Shown here piece after piece: positions 8,407 through 16,953 of a DNA stretch of 32,000 bases. The DNA is from an uncultured Chloroflexia bacterium. Its GTDB lineage: Bacteria > Chloroflexota > Ktedonobacteria > Ktedonobacterales > JADMIN01. Under the pieces are notes generated by a model, which made no database searches, had not been told where the DNA came from, and saw nothing but the letters and a program-made list of their open reading frames with translations. The DNA lies in NCBI GenBank assembly GCA_963718915.1, contig CAVRAI010000003.1, forward strand, positions 1-32,000, read 5' to 3'. The position numbers and the translations under genes are program-made. Position 1 is the first letter of the stretch, and each line of letters begins with the position of its first letter.

Positions 8407-8764
8407 TCAGCATTTCCTACCTTCTGAGCAGAGCAAATGGCTATTATGCGCATGCACCGCACGGCATTTCTATTGATGGAGAGGGGTACCTTGATGGGTC
8501 TTACCGCAATGTTCCCATGGCCAAGAAATGCCAAACTTCATCGGCGCTGGTTATCACTTATCTATCGTGAAGATACGGCGTTATTATGCACATGCAGAAT
8601 AAACGTTGGTAATATTCACAAGACGAGCGACATTGATAGTCTAGCAAAGGAGTGACGAAGTCACAAGGAGCCAGTACCAATGCGAGTGCGAGAGGTTGGT
8701 CACACCAGGGTGCCCCTCCCGCGCCGGGAGGCAGGCGCGTGAGCCGTAAGCGGACGCTCTGGTT

Positions 8765-8787
8765 CCCCTCTCACTATAGGAGAGGGG
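8765..8787 (-). terminator. stem-loop 15 nt downstream of the PLP-enzyme gene (no U tract)
   Basis: CCCCTCTC (8765-8772) and GAGAGGGG (8780-8787) form a perfect 8-bp stem with a 7-nt loop. A second hairpin, CCTCCCG-CGC-CGGGAGG, lies at 8715-8731. Confidence 0.4.
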
Positions 8788-8801
8788 TGGAGTAGAGATT
8801 C

Positions 8802-9959
8802 CTATCGCGCGGCGACGGGCACGCGCGCTAGCGCCTGCTCCAGGTCGGCGATCAGGTCGTCGGCGTCTTCGATGCCCACCGAGAGGCGCAGCAGCGTATC
8901 GGTGACGCCGCGCTTCTCGCGTTCCTCCGCCGGGATCGAGCCGTGGGTCATGCTAGCGGGATGGCAGCAGAGCGATTCGATGCCGCCGAGGCTCTCGGCC
9001 AGCGCGAATACCTTCAGCCCGCGCACAAATGTATCCACATCTTCGCGCCTGCCCCTGAAGGCGAACGAGACCATCCCGCCGAAGTCGCGCATCTGCTGGC
9101 GAGCCAGCGCGTGGTCGGGATGCGACTCCAGCCCTGGATAGTAGACCTGTTCGACGTTGGGATGCGCCGCCAGGAAGGTGGCGATCCGGCGCGCGTTCTC
9201 GCAGTGCTGGCGCATGCGCACCGCCAGCGTCTTCACCCCGCGCAAGGTCAGCCAGGCGTCGAACGGCGAGGGCACGCCGCCTGCGGCGTTCTGATAGAAC
9301 TTGATCGCCTCATACGCCTCGCTATCCGAGGTCAGCACCGCGCCGCCGACGACATCGCTATGGCCGTTAATGTACTTGGTCGTGCTATGGACGACGATAT
9401 CGGCGCCAAGGTCAAGCGGCTGTTGCAGCCAGGGCGAGGCGAACGTGTTGTCCACCACCACACGCGCATCGTGGGCATGGGCAATCTTTGCGACGGCGGC
9501 GATATCTACCAGCGTCAGCAGCGGGTTGGTTGGCGTCTCGATCCAGACCAGCTTCGTCTCCGGCCTGATCTCGGCGGCATAGGCGTCCACATCGCGGGCA
9601 TCCACATAGCTGATGGTGACGCCGGTTGGGCGCAGCACCTTCTCGAAGATGCGATAGGAGCCGCCGTAGAGATCGTCGCAGGCAAGTACATGGTCGCCGG
9701 GACGCAGCAGGCTGAGGATAGCGCTCGTGGCCGCCATGCCGCTGCTGAAGGCGAGGCCATACTGCGCGTTTTCCAGCGAGGCGAGGCACGCTTCGAGCGC
9801 GGTGCGCGTCGGGTTGCCGGTGCGCGAATATTCATAGCCTTTATTCTGGCCCAGGCCCGCCTGCGTATAGGTCGAGGTCTGAAAGATCGGTGTGATCGTC
9901 GCGCCGGTTGAGGGATCAGGCTCTTGCCCGGCATGAATCGCGCGCGTCGCAAACTTCAT
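8802..9959 (-). CDS. Cys/Met-metabolism PLP-dependent enzyme (cystathionine gamma-synthase / gamma-lyase / beta-lyase family)
   Basis: N-terminus MKFATRAIHAGQEPDPSTGA..PIFQTSTY, YSRTGNPTR, and the PLP-lysine motif HSTTKYINGHSD. The 385-aa length is typical. The exact reaction cannot be assigned from sequence alone. Confidence 0.9.
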   Translation of the reverse strand: MKFATRAIHAGQEPDPSTGATITPIFQTSTYTQAGLGQNKGYEYSRTGNPTRTALEACLASLENAQYGLAFSSGMAATSAILSLLRPGDHVLACDDLYGGSYRIFEKVLRPTGVTISYVDARDVDAYAAEIRPETKLVWIETPTNPLLTLVDIAAVAKIAHAHDARVVVDNTFASPWLQQPLDLGADIVVHSTTKYINGHSDVVGGAVLTSDSEAYEAIKFYQNAAGGVPSPFDAWLTLRGVKTLAVRMRQHCENARRIATFLAAHPNVEQVYYPGLESHPDHALARQQMRDFGGMVSFAFRGRREDVDTFVRGLKVFALAESLGGIESLCCHPASMTHGSIPAEEREKRGVTDTLLRLSVGIEDADDLIADLEQALARVPVAAR

Positions 9960-10062
9960 CGCATCTGCCTCACTTCGTTGTGGTACCCCGTTTCATCGCG
10001 TAAGCGGGGAAGTATGTCGCTGGCACAAGTATACCGTACCGCGTGTTCTTTCGGTGCGAATC

Positions 10063-11283
10063 TTATCTGGAGGCGGTCGCAAGCCTGCGAGCAGCGAGAG
10101 CCGCGGCGAGCAGCGCCAGCAACAGCAGGGGAATCGCGATGCCGAAGGCACTGCCAATGCCAATGTGGTCGGCCAGCGCGCCAAGGATGAACGGAGCGAT
10201 GAGCGCCGAGAGTCCGGCGGCGACCGAGAGCCGCGCCGATGCCCGGTCGGTCTGGCCGGGCGCTGCTCCCGTCGCCAACGCGACCCCAAGTGGGTAGACG
10301 TTCGCCAGCCCCAATCCGACGACGAACAGGCCCATGATGCGCACGAGCGGCAGCGCGATCAGCCAGAAGAGCGGGAAGCCGACGAGCGCGATTACCAGCG
10401 AGGCCGCCAGCACGAGGAGGCTGGGGAAGGCGCGCGTTAACCGGCTGCCGATGACGCGGCCAATCAGCATCGCCAGGAAGAACGCGGCCATCGCGGTGGC
10501 GGCATCCGTCCGGGAGAGCGGCGAATCCGTCGCCAGGAAGCTCGCGCCCCAATAGACGATGGACCACTCGGCGCCGGTCTCCAGCGCGATCAGACACCAG
10601 AATGCCCAGTAGGCAAGCGGGAGCCGCGCGCGTCTATCGGTCGCTTTCGTTGGCTCGTGCTGGGCTATCGAACGCGCTGGAAATGGCACGGACCAGTAGC
10701 GCAGGCTGATGGCCACGAGAAACGCGAGGATGGGGAAGAGCGCCAATCGCCATCCCAGGCCCACGCCGGTCACCAGCCCAACCATCAGCGGCGCGAGGAA
10801 CGCGAATCCACTGGCGACGACGTTCGCCTCGGTCAGCGCGACCGGACTAAACCGCTGATGTCGATCCGCCAGGGCCGCCTGGAGGGTGATGATGAGCAGG
10901 CCGCCCAGCAATCCCATGAGAAACGCGCCCAGAATCGTTCCAGCCGCCACGGGCGAGAGCGCGACCAGCAGCGCGCCCGCCGCCATACCGATGCCACCGC
11001 CCCAGAAAGCGGCGCGGCGTCCCCAGCGCTGGGAGATGCGGTCGGCGGTGGTTCCCATCACCACCGCGCCGAGGGCGAACGCGCTGAAGTGCAGGCTGGC
11101 GAGGGTGTAGCTCAGGCGCAGATCGCCGCGAATGAAGAGCATCAGCGGGCCAAGAATCGCTTCGAGGAAGGCGAAATAGCCGAGCATCCAGTACGATGCC
11201 CAGGTGAGACGCTCGCGGTGAAAGCGCTGTGGCGTGGTATGGTCGTCTGTCTTGTGGATGATGGTTGTGGTGCTGCTCTTCAT
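10063..11283 (-). CDS. MFS transporter
   Basis: About 12 hydrophobic helices and an MFS-like loop motif (TADRISQRWGRR). The start is set at ATG 11283 (MKSSTTT...). The 63-codon upstream extension in the ORF track has no transporter character. Confidence 0.8.
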   Translation of the reverse strand: MKSSTTTIIHKTDDHTTPQRFHRERLTWASYWMLGYFAFLEAILGPLMLFIRGDLRLSYTLASLHFSAFALGAVVMGTTADRISQRWGRRAAFWGGGIGMAAGALLVALSPVAAGTILGAFLMGLLGGLLIITLQAALADRHQRFSPVALTEANVVASGFAFLAPLMVGLVTGVGLGWRLALFPILAFLVAISLRYWSVPFPARSIAQHEPTKATDRRARLPLAYWAFWCLIALETGAEWSIVYWGASFLATDSPLSRTDAATAMAAFFLAMLIGRVIGSRLTRAFPSLLVLAASLVIALVGFPLFWLIALPLVRIMGLFVVGLGLANVYPLGVALATGAAPGQTDRASARLSVAAGLSALIAPFILGALADHIGIGSAFGIAIPLLLLALLAAALAARRLATASR

Positions 11284-11441
11284 GTCAACTCGTAGTCTAA
11301 AACGCCCGCCACATCCGCTGCAACATCCAGACAGCGCAATTGGTTTCATGCTATTGGGATCGCTGTCGTTGTGTCGCCCATCTTGTAAACCCTGGCTGTT
11401 CGCGTTCGTCAGATATGCGGTGGATATGCCGCTAGCATGTG

Positions 11442-11457
11442 TATCAGAAATCTGATA
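11442..11457. promoter_or_regulatory. candidate operator palindrome in the MFS/XRE divergent region
   Basis: TATCAG-AAAT-CTGATA inverted repeat (6-bp arms). It is preceded by direct repeats of GATATGC at 11412-11418 and 11423-11429 (11-bp period). Confidence 0.35.
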
Positions 11458-11475
11458 GCACAAACTCGACACAGG

Positions 11476-11484
11476 TGGTACAAT
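11476..11484 (+). promoter_or_regulatory. candidate extended -10 promoter (TGgTACAAT)
   Basis: TG at 11476-11477, one nt, then TACAAT at 11479-11484. No good -35. TACAAT also occurs as a putative -10 at 23143-23148 and on the minus strand at 26645-26650. Confidence 0.4.
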
Positions 11485-11856
11485 AGCCGACGTGTGTGAG
11501 AGCGCCTTCGTGAGCGACGTGAGAGAAGGCCCACACAGCGCCTTCGCATGATGCGCGATGGTGTTCCCCCGTTCACCTCATTTGGAGGCACGGAGCCAAT
11601 GTCTACACTTCTGGAAGTTACTGCGAAAACGATCCGGACCACCGGAGTCTGCTAGGCGCCAGGAACGTCTAGCGGACCAGGTTCTGCCCATCGTACTGGT
11701 CGCGTCCGGATCGCCCTGGTCCGTCTGCGCGGCCCTCCATGCCATTTTCCATGGCAACTCCGCACCCCTTGCGACGGCTGCGTTTCCAGCACCCGGTGCG
11801 TCTTTCGAGCGATGGGCATTTCGTACACTTGCGGTCTTTTTCCAGGAGGAACCCTC

Positions 11857-12414
11857 ATGGCTACCGATGGTACGCCCGAATTTGCGGCCAAACGCTGCGG
11901 CGAAGCGATTGCGCGTCTGCGCACCCTGCGTGGCTGGTCGCGCGCGCAGCTCATTATCCGACTCTATAACGAACTGCCACCTGAAGATCCCAACTACGAC
12001 AGCATCAGCGAGACATGGCTTGCCCGGCTGGAGAACGGGCGCATGGTCAAGGTCCAGCGCCAGACCGTCGAGGCGCTCTGTCGGGCGCTACGCTGCTCGC
12101 CGCAGGAGCGCGCCTGGGTGCTGCTCTACGCCGACCGCAATGTGCTGGTGGACGCCGAAAGCGTGCCGACGCCAGCCGCCGAGGCGCTGACCTTTGTCAT
12201 GGATCGCCTCTATGCCGAGGCGGGCGACCTGCTGACGGCAATGGTAGGACAACAACCTGGCATCGCCCAGGATGAGCTATCGTTGCTCGAGGCGACCGCC
12301 GCCGCGCTAGAGTATCTGATCGAGCATCACCGACGCGCGCCACAGACGCCGGAGGCAGCCAGTGGGTATGCCGCCGCCACGCCGATGTATGCGTTACGCC
12401 GGACTAGAACCTGA
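11857..12414 (+). CDS. XRE-family helix-turn-helix transcriptional regulator
   Basis: HTH_3-like N-terminus IARLRTLRGWSRAQLI...ISETWLARLENGR...QTVEALCRALRCS. AGGAGGA (11844-11850) lies 6 nt before ATG 11857. Confidence 0.75.
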   Translation: MATDGTPEFAAKRCGEAIARLRTLRGWSRAQLIIRLYNELPPEDPNYDSISETWLARLENGRMVKVQRQTVEALCRALRCSPQERAWVLLYADRNVLVDAESVPTPAAEALTFVMDRLYAEAGDLLTAMVGQQPGIAQDELSLLEATAAALEYLIEHHRRAPQTPEAASGYAAATPMYALRRTRT

Positions 12415-12524
12415 GACGGGCTGGCGGATGACGCGACCTCTGCCCCATCACAACCGGGACACCGGCCAGAAGCTATCCGCTAGCCCATCATCCGATACCG
12501 CTTGATCCACAGGAGCTTTTTCAC

Positions 12525-13520
12525 ATGCCACTCTCTGTTCTTTTGCCGCCGCACCTTGCCGTGCGCGCGCCCACGCGCGACGACCTGCCAGCCATCTTTG
12601 CGCTGATTCAGGCGAGCGATCTCGATATCTTTGGCCGACACGACTATACCATGCAGGAACTTGAGCATGAATGGAGCCAGGCCGAATTCAACCCGGCCAG
12701 CGACGCCTGGATTGTCATTGGTCCCGATGGCGGTTACGTCGGCTATGCGCATACCCTTACCCGCACCCACTTCCGTAGCTTTGGGATGGGTGTCACGCAC
12801 CCGGATTTCTACGGTCAGGGCATTGGCTCGACGCTGGTAAACCTGATGGAGGAGCGTGCCCGCGAACACGTTACGCTGGCGCCATCGGAGGCCCGCGTCT
12901 ATCTGCAAATCGGCATTGGCGGCGGGCACAAGCCGACCGAGCGTCTGCTGACTGACCACGGCTACCACAAAGTGCGCCGTTTCAGCCGCATGCAGATTGT
13001 GATGGATATGCCGCCGCCCACATCTATCTGGCCGGAGGACATCACCATACGCACGATGATTCCGGGCCAGGACGAGCACGCCATCTGGGAGGCGTTGGAA
13101 GAGTCGTTCTCTGACCACTGGGGCCACTCAGCCGAGACGTTCGAGCACTGGATGGCGCGCCACAAGACGCCAGACAGCCTGCCACCCGATCTGGTGTTTC
13201 TGGCGATGGCGGGCGAGACCGTCGCGGGTGTTGCGCTCTGCATTTATCTGGAAGACTTCGGCTGGGTAGATACGCTGGGGGTGCGTCGTCCCTGGCGGAA
13301 ACACGGGCTGGGCCTCGCGCTGCTCCACCACGCCTTTGACGAGTTCTATCGCCGTGGCACACATGAGGTGGGTCTGGGAGTGGACGCGCAGAGCCTGACG
13401 GGCGCCACGCGCCTCTACGAGCGTGCCGGGATGCATCCGCTGGCGCACTACGACGTCTATGAGAAAGAACTGCGCCCCGGCATCGAGCTGAGCGTGCAAT
13501 CGCTGGACGACAACGCATAA
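12525..13520 (+). CDS. GNAT-family N-acetyltransferase with two tandem GNAT domains
   Basis: Two acetyl-CoA-binding style motifs, FYGQGIGSTLVNLMEERAR and RRPWRKHGLGLALLHHAFDEFYRRG. AGGAG lies 9 nt upstream of the ATG. Confidence 0.8.
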   Translation: MPLSVLLPPHLAVRAPTRDDLPAIFALIQASDLDIFGRHDYTMQELEHEWSQAEFNPASDAWIVIGPDGGYVGYAHTLTRTHFRSFGMGVTHPDFYGQGIGSTLVNLMEERAREHVTLAPSEARVYLQIGIGGGHKPTERLLTDHGYHKVRRFSRMQIVMDMPPPTSIWPEDITIRTMIPGQDEHAIWEALEESFSDHWGHSAETFEHWMARHKTPDSLPPDLVFLAMAGETVAGVALCIYLEDFGWVDTLGVRRPWRKHGLGLALLHHAFDEFYRRGTHEVGLGVDAQSLTGATRLYERAGMHPLAHYDVYEKELRPGIELSVQSLDDNA

Positions 13521-13633
13521 GCGCTGATGCCCAACAGCAGACGCCGTGCGCTGCAACCAATGTGTCCGAGGTGGGGTTGATGTTCCATGAGAATGTGACT
13601 TGACCTCACCTCACCGGAGGAGAAAACGAAACC

Positions 13634-14032
13634 ATGAGCATTGACGCCGGAACGGCGCAGCGCTGGCTCGACGCCTACAGCCAGGCGTGGATCACCTACG
13701 ACCCGCAGGAGATCGGCGCGCTCTTCGCCGACGACGCCGAGTATCGCTATCATCCATGGGATGAGAGTGACGACGTCTTGCGTGGCCGCGAGCAGATCGT
13801 CGCGAACTGGCTGGAGAACCGCGATAAAGCTGGAACCTATCGCGGCGAGTACCGACCGCTGCTGATGAGCGGCGATCAGGCAATCACGGTGGGCGTCTCC
13901 AGCTACTACAGTGACGAGACGCAGACGACACTCGAACGCGCCTACCACAACCTGTGGGTGCTGCGCTTCAACGATGACGGTCAGTGCCGCTCATATACCG
14001 AGTGGTACATGGAAGCGCCACGCAACAAATAA
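13634..14032 (+). CDS. SnoaL-like / NTF2-fold protein
   Basis: 132 aa. The N-terminus AQRWLDAYSQAWITYDPQEIGALFADDAEYRYHPWDE is typical of SnoaL/DUF4440-type NTF2-like proteins. GGAGGAG SD is present. Confidence 0.65.
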   Translation: MSIDAGTAQRWLDAYSQAWITYDPQEIGALFADDAEYRYHPWDESDDVLRGREQIVANWLENRDKAGTYRGEYRPLLMSGDQAITVGVSSYYSDETQTTLERAYHNLWVLRFNDDGQCRSYTEWYMEAPRNK

Positions 14033-14130
14033 ATTCAACACCGAGCCATTCCGAAGGCGTTACGCTGGCGTGTCCGTGACGTTTTCCGCCATAATCTGGG
14101 CGGAGACCCACAGGCGAAAGGCGTGGCGCG

Positions 14131-15396
14131 ATGGCTCGGATTCTCTTGTCCACATTTGGCTCCAGTGGCGACCTCAATCCGTTTCTGGCGGTTGGTCTGG
14201 GGCTGCGCGCCCGCGGCCACAAGGTCACTTTTGCCGTGGAGCGCAACTTTCAGCAGCCGGTGAACGCGCTGGGGTTTCCGGTGACGCTGCTGACGGGCGA
14301 CGCTGAGACGACGCTGATGCATCGCGCTGACTCGCTGGTCTCACGCGCGACGCCGCTCGCCTCGCTGCGCATCCTGATGAATGAGGTGATCCTGCCCGCG
14401 CTGCGTCCCAAGATCGAGGAGCTGCGCGCCGCCAGCGCTGAGGCTGATGTGCTCGTCTCCTCCGCGCAACAGCTTGCCGCCTCGTTCGTCGCCGACCTGA
14501 CCCACATCCCCTGGGCAAGCATTGCCCTCTCGCCTGTCCTCGTTCCATCACCCCATCTGGAGCCACAGCCAACGCCCGTGCCGATTCCCCACGCGCTCCA
14601 GCCGCTGGCCAATCGCGTGTCGTGGGCAATGGGCATGGTCGCGGTGCGCCAGCTCTGGGATGTCCCGGTCAACAAAGTGCGGGCGGAGTATGGCTTGCCA
14701 CCATTGCGCGATGTGGCGCAGACGGGCAACCTCTCGCACCAACTCACCGTGATGGCGGTCTCCACGGCCTACACGCCGCGCCCGCCGGACTGGCCCGCAT
14801 GGGTACATCAGACGGGCTTCTGCTTCTGGGATGCGCCCGATAGCTGGCAGGAACCGCCGGAACTGACGGCCTTTCTGGCGGGGGATCGCCCGGTGGTGGC
14901 GCTTTCTTCTGGTTCGATGGCCGACAAAGTGGGCGGCGCCTTCGACCCGATGTATCGCGCGGGCATCGAGGCGATTCGCCGGGCGGGCGCGCGGGCGCTG
15001 GTGATCGGCGCGCCATCCGGGGCGCTGTCACATCCGCTGCCGGAGGATGTGTTCGCGGCGAGCTACGCGCCGTTCTCGCAGATATACCCTCGTTGCGCGG
15101 CGGCGATTCATCACGGCGGCATGGGCACAGTGGCGCAGAGTCTGCGGGCGGGCATTCCGGCGCTGGTCGTGCCGTGGGGTGTGGACCAGTTCTTCGCGGG
15201 CGCGCAATTGGCGCGGGTGGGCGCGGGCCGCTGGCTCCGTCGTCCCGCCTTCACGGCGGATCGTGGCGCACGGGAGGTCGCGGCGCTGCTCAACGACGCC
15301 TCGTATCGTAAACGCGCGCAGACCATCGCACAGCAGATCGCCGCCGAGGATGGCGTGGCGGACTTCATCGCCCTGCTCGACAAGCTGCTGGCCTAA
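14131..15396 (+). CDS. family-1 glycosyltransferase (MGT / UDP-glycosyltransferase, GT-B fold)
   Basis: N-terminus MARILLSTFGSSGDLNPFLAVGLGLRARGHKVTF and the C-terminal nucleotide-sugar motif HHGGMGTVAQSLRAGIPALVVPWGVDQFF. Confidence 0.85.
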   Translation: MARILLSTFGSSGDLNPFLAVGLGLRARGHKVTFAVERNFQQPVNALGFPVTLLTGDAETTLMHRADSLVSRATPLASLRILMNEVILPALRPKIEELRAASAEADVLVSSAQQLAASFVADLTHIPWASIALSPVLVPSPHLEPQPTPVPIPHALQPLANRVSWAMGMVAVRQLWDVPVNKVRAEYGLPPLRDVAQTGNLSHQLTVMAVSTAYTPRPPDWPAWVHQTGFCFWDAPDSWQEPPELTAFLAGDRPVVALSSGSMADKVGGAFDPMYRAGIEAIRRAGARALVIGAPSGALSHPLPEDVFAASYAPFSQIYPRCAAAIHHGGMGTVAQSLRAGIPALVVPWGVDQFFAGAQLARVGAGRWLRRPAFTADRGAREVAALLNDASYRKRAQTIAQQIAAEDGVADFIALLDKLLA

Positions 15397-15476
15397 GCCC
15401 TATATAGCCTTGAGGCGTGGCAGAGATCATCGGTCCGCACTGGAACATGGATTGCGCCTGGTAAGGCTACAGATCA

Positions 15477-16715
15477 TCAGCTATCCACCAGCACCGGCGT
15501 TCCCATTTCTGCTCCCACGATCCCGGATTGGTATTGCCAGAGGACACGACCAGTCTCCGCATCCAGAGCATAGATTCCCCCCGCTGCTGAGGCTAGGCCA
15601 CCATATGATGGTCTGGAACCAACAAAGGCTACTCCCACATAGATCGCCTGCTCGACAACCAGGGCCGTTGAAAATCGAATCTCAGCGCCTTGTGTCGTAC
15701 AGGTATCGTTATCAACACAGGTTCGCCAGCGAACATTTCCAGTTGTCGCGTCGAGTACAGCTACATAACCGTTCACCGATGCGACGTAGACCAATCCATC
15801 CTGCACGGTAGCAGGCGCGAATAGGAAACCACCCGCATGATATGTCCACAGCAGCCTGCCATCGCTGGCCTGTAGAGCGTACAGTGTCATGTCGCGTGAT
15901 CCAGCATAGACGATCCCAGCGTTTGCATTTGCAGCATCGGTCACGGCAAGCGAATCCACGTAGCCCTGCGTCCGATAGCTCCAGAGTTGTGTTCCATCGC
16001 TCAAGCGGAGCGCCGCAACGGTATTATCGGTCGAGCCTGCGTAGAGATCTCCACCAAGCACCGCCAGGTTGGACAAGTAACCATTTCGCTGCTCGTGCCA
16101 GCGAAGCGTACCATCCAACCGGTTAAGCGCAAAGAGCGTGGATGTCAGGTTGGCTGGCTCGGCGCTAGTGTAGACGCTATCGGCGGTGACCACCGGGGGG
16201 CCGGACGTACTGCCGTGTGTCTGAAACCGCCAGAGGATGTGTCCGCTACGCGCATCGACCGCATAGACAGAGCCATTGGACGCGGTGCGGTCGGCGGTGA
16301 GTCCTGAGGAGTTGACATAGAGGATGCCCTCGCGGAGCACGGGCGTGCTCGTCAATTCAGTATCTAGCGGTGTGCGCCAGACAACAGCAGCCCCGCCATC
16401 CTCGGCACGTAGCGCCAGCAGATCGGTGTCTGACCCGATATAGAACGTGTGGTCTTTATCTCCGTGAGTGGGTGACCATGTATAACCCATCCGCTGCTGT
16501 CTCCAGCGGACTGTGCCATCATGTGCACGAAACGCGATTAGATAGCCAGCCGCGAATCCAGCATAGAGCGTCGCCTGGTTGGCTGGTGTGGCAGTCGATG
16601 GCGCCTTGATCCCTGTCCGGCTCACTGAGGGACCACAGCCCGCGAGGAGACTGACCAGGAGCAGCACTCCCATGAACATGTGTCGGCATGAGGGTGCGCG
16701 TGCCGATCTCGTCAT
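15477..16715 (-). CDS. PQQ-like beta-propeller repeat lipoprotein
   Basis: Signal peptide with lipobox LLAGC. Repeated motifs of the type Y(A/V)G..D..L(Y/F)AL....G..LW recur throughout. The start is set at ATG 16715; the 72-codon upstream extension in the ORF track is implausible. Confidence 0.75.
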   Translation of the reverse strand: MTRSARAPSCRHMFMGVLLLVSLLAGCGPSVSRTGIKAPSTATPANQATLYAGFAAGYLIAFRAHDGTVRWRQQRMGYTWSPTHGDKDHTFYIGSDTDLLALRAEDGGAAVVWRTPLDTELTSTPVLREGILYVNSSGLTADRTASNGSVYAVDARSGHILWRFQTHGSTSGPPVVTADSVYTSAEPANLTSTLFALNRLDGTLRWHEQRNGYLSNLAVLGGDLYAGSTDNTVAALRLSDGTQLWSYRTQGYVDSLAVTDAANANAGIVYAGSRDMTLYALQASDGRLLWTYHAGGFLFAPATVQDGLVYVASVNGYVAVLDATTGNVRWRTCVDNDTCTTQGAEIRFSTALVVEQAIYVGVAFVGSRPSYGGLASAAGGIYALDAETGRVLWQYQSGIVGAEMGTPVLVDS

Positions 16716-16953
16716 CTGGTTGGCGTCCTTGATCTGCGCCGCAGTTGGGCAATTTTCCTCATGTGGCAACCCCTTCAATCTGAACTCAAGCTGGCTGCGG
16801 GCTAGTAAGCAATTCATACAGGAAAGATGGTGTTTTGTCAATACAGTTGAGTTTGTCTCGTAAGCGGAAAGCGCAAGATGGAAGAAGGCGTTTTCGCCTC
16901 CGTGGGGTATGCTGTATTCGCTGATAATCACGACACAATGGGAGGAGAGCGCT

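Noticed and set aside
8680-8742. 20-codon ORF (MRVREVGHTRVPLPRREAGA) preceded by AAGGAG and a GTGAC-GAA-GTCAC hairpin (8652-8664).
   Set aside because: It is too short to evaluate and overlaps the hairpins that look like the terminator region of the convergent gene. There is no supporting evidence.
8943-9911. Long plus-strand ORF (322 aa) antisense to the PLP-enzyme gene. Similar long shadow ORFs occur at 10657..11295, 15047..15811, 19416..20072, 23903..24970, 26467..27750 and 29584..30354.
   Set aside because: All lie antisense to genes with strong family motifs. Their translations are Arg/Ala/Gly/Pro-rich low complexity, which is typical of stop-poor non-coding frames in high-GC DNA.
9960-10062. 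Possible SAM riboswitch or other leader RNA in the 103-nt gap upstream of the trans-sulfuration gene (minus strand). It contains the hairpin CCCCG-N14-CGGGG and a TATACT box.
   Set aside because: I could not find the SAM-I core (CUUAUCAAGAG...GGUGCUAA...) or any other SAM-class consensus by eye on the sense strand. It needs an Infernal scan before any claim.
10061-10100. Plus-strand CTTATCTGGAGGCGG, resembling the 5' end of an S-box (SAM-I) element.
   Set aside because: It lies on the wrong strand relative to the met-family gene, overlaps the MFS 3' end, and the downstream sequence lacks the rest of the S-box consensus.
11284-11472. N-terminal extensions in the ORF track: MFS 11284-11472, PQQ lipoprotein 16716-16931, TetR 23060-23233, RibD_C 16909-16953, and membrane protein 28988-29170.
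   Set aside because: The extensions lack protein-like character. Internal starts have good Shine-Dalgarno spacing and give canonical N-termini (signal peptide, HTH, first TM).
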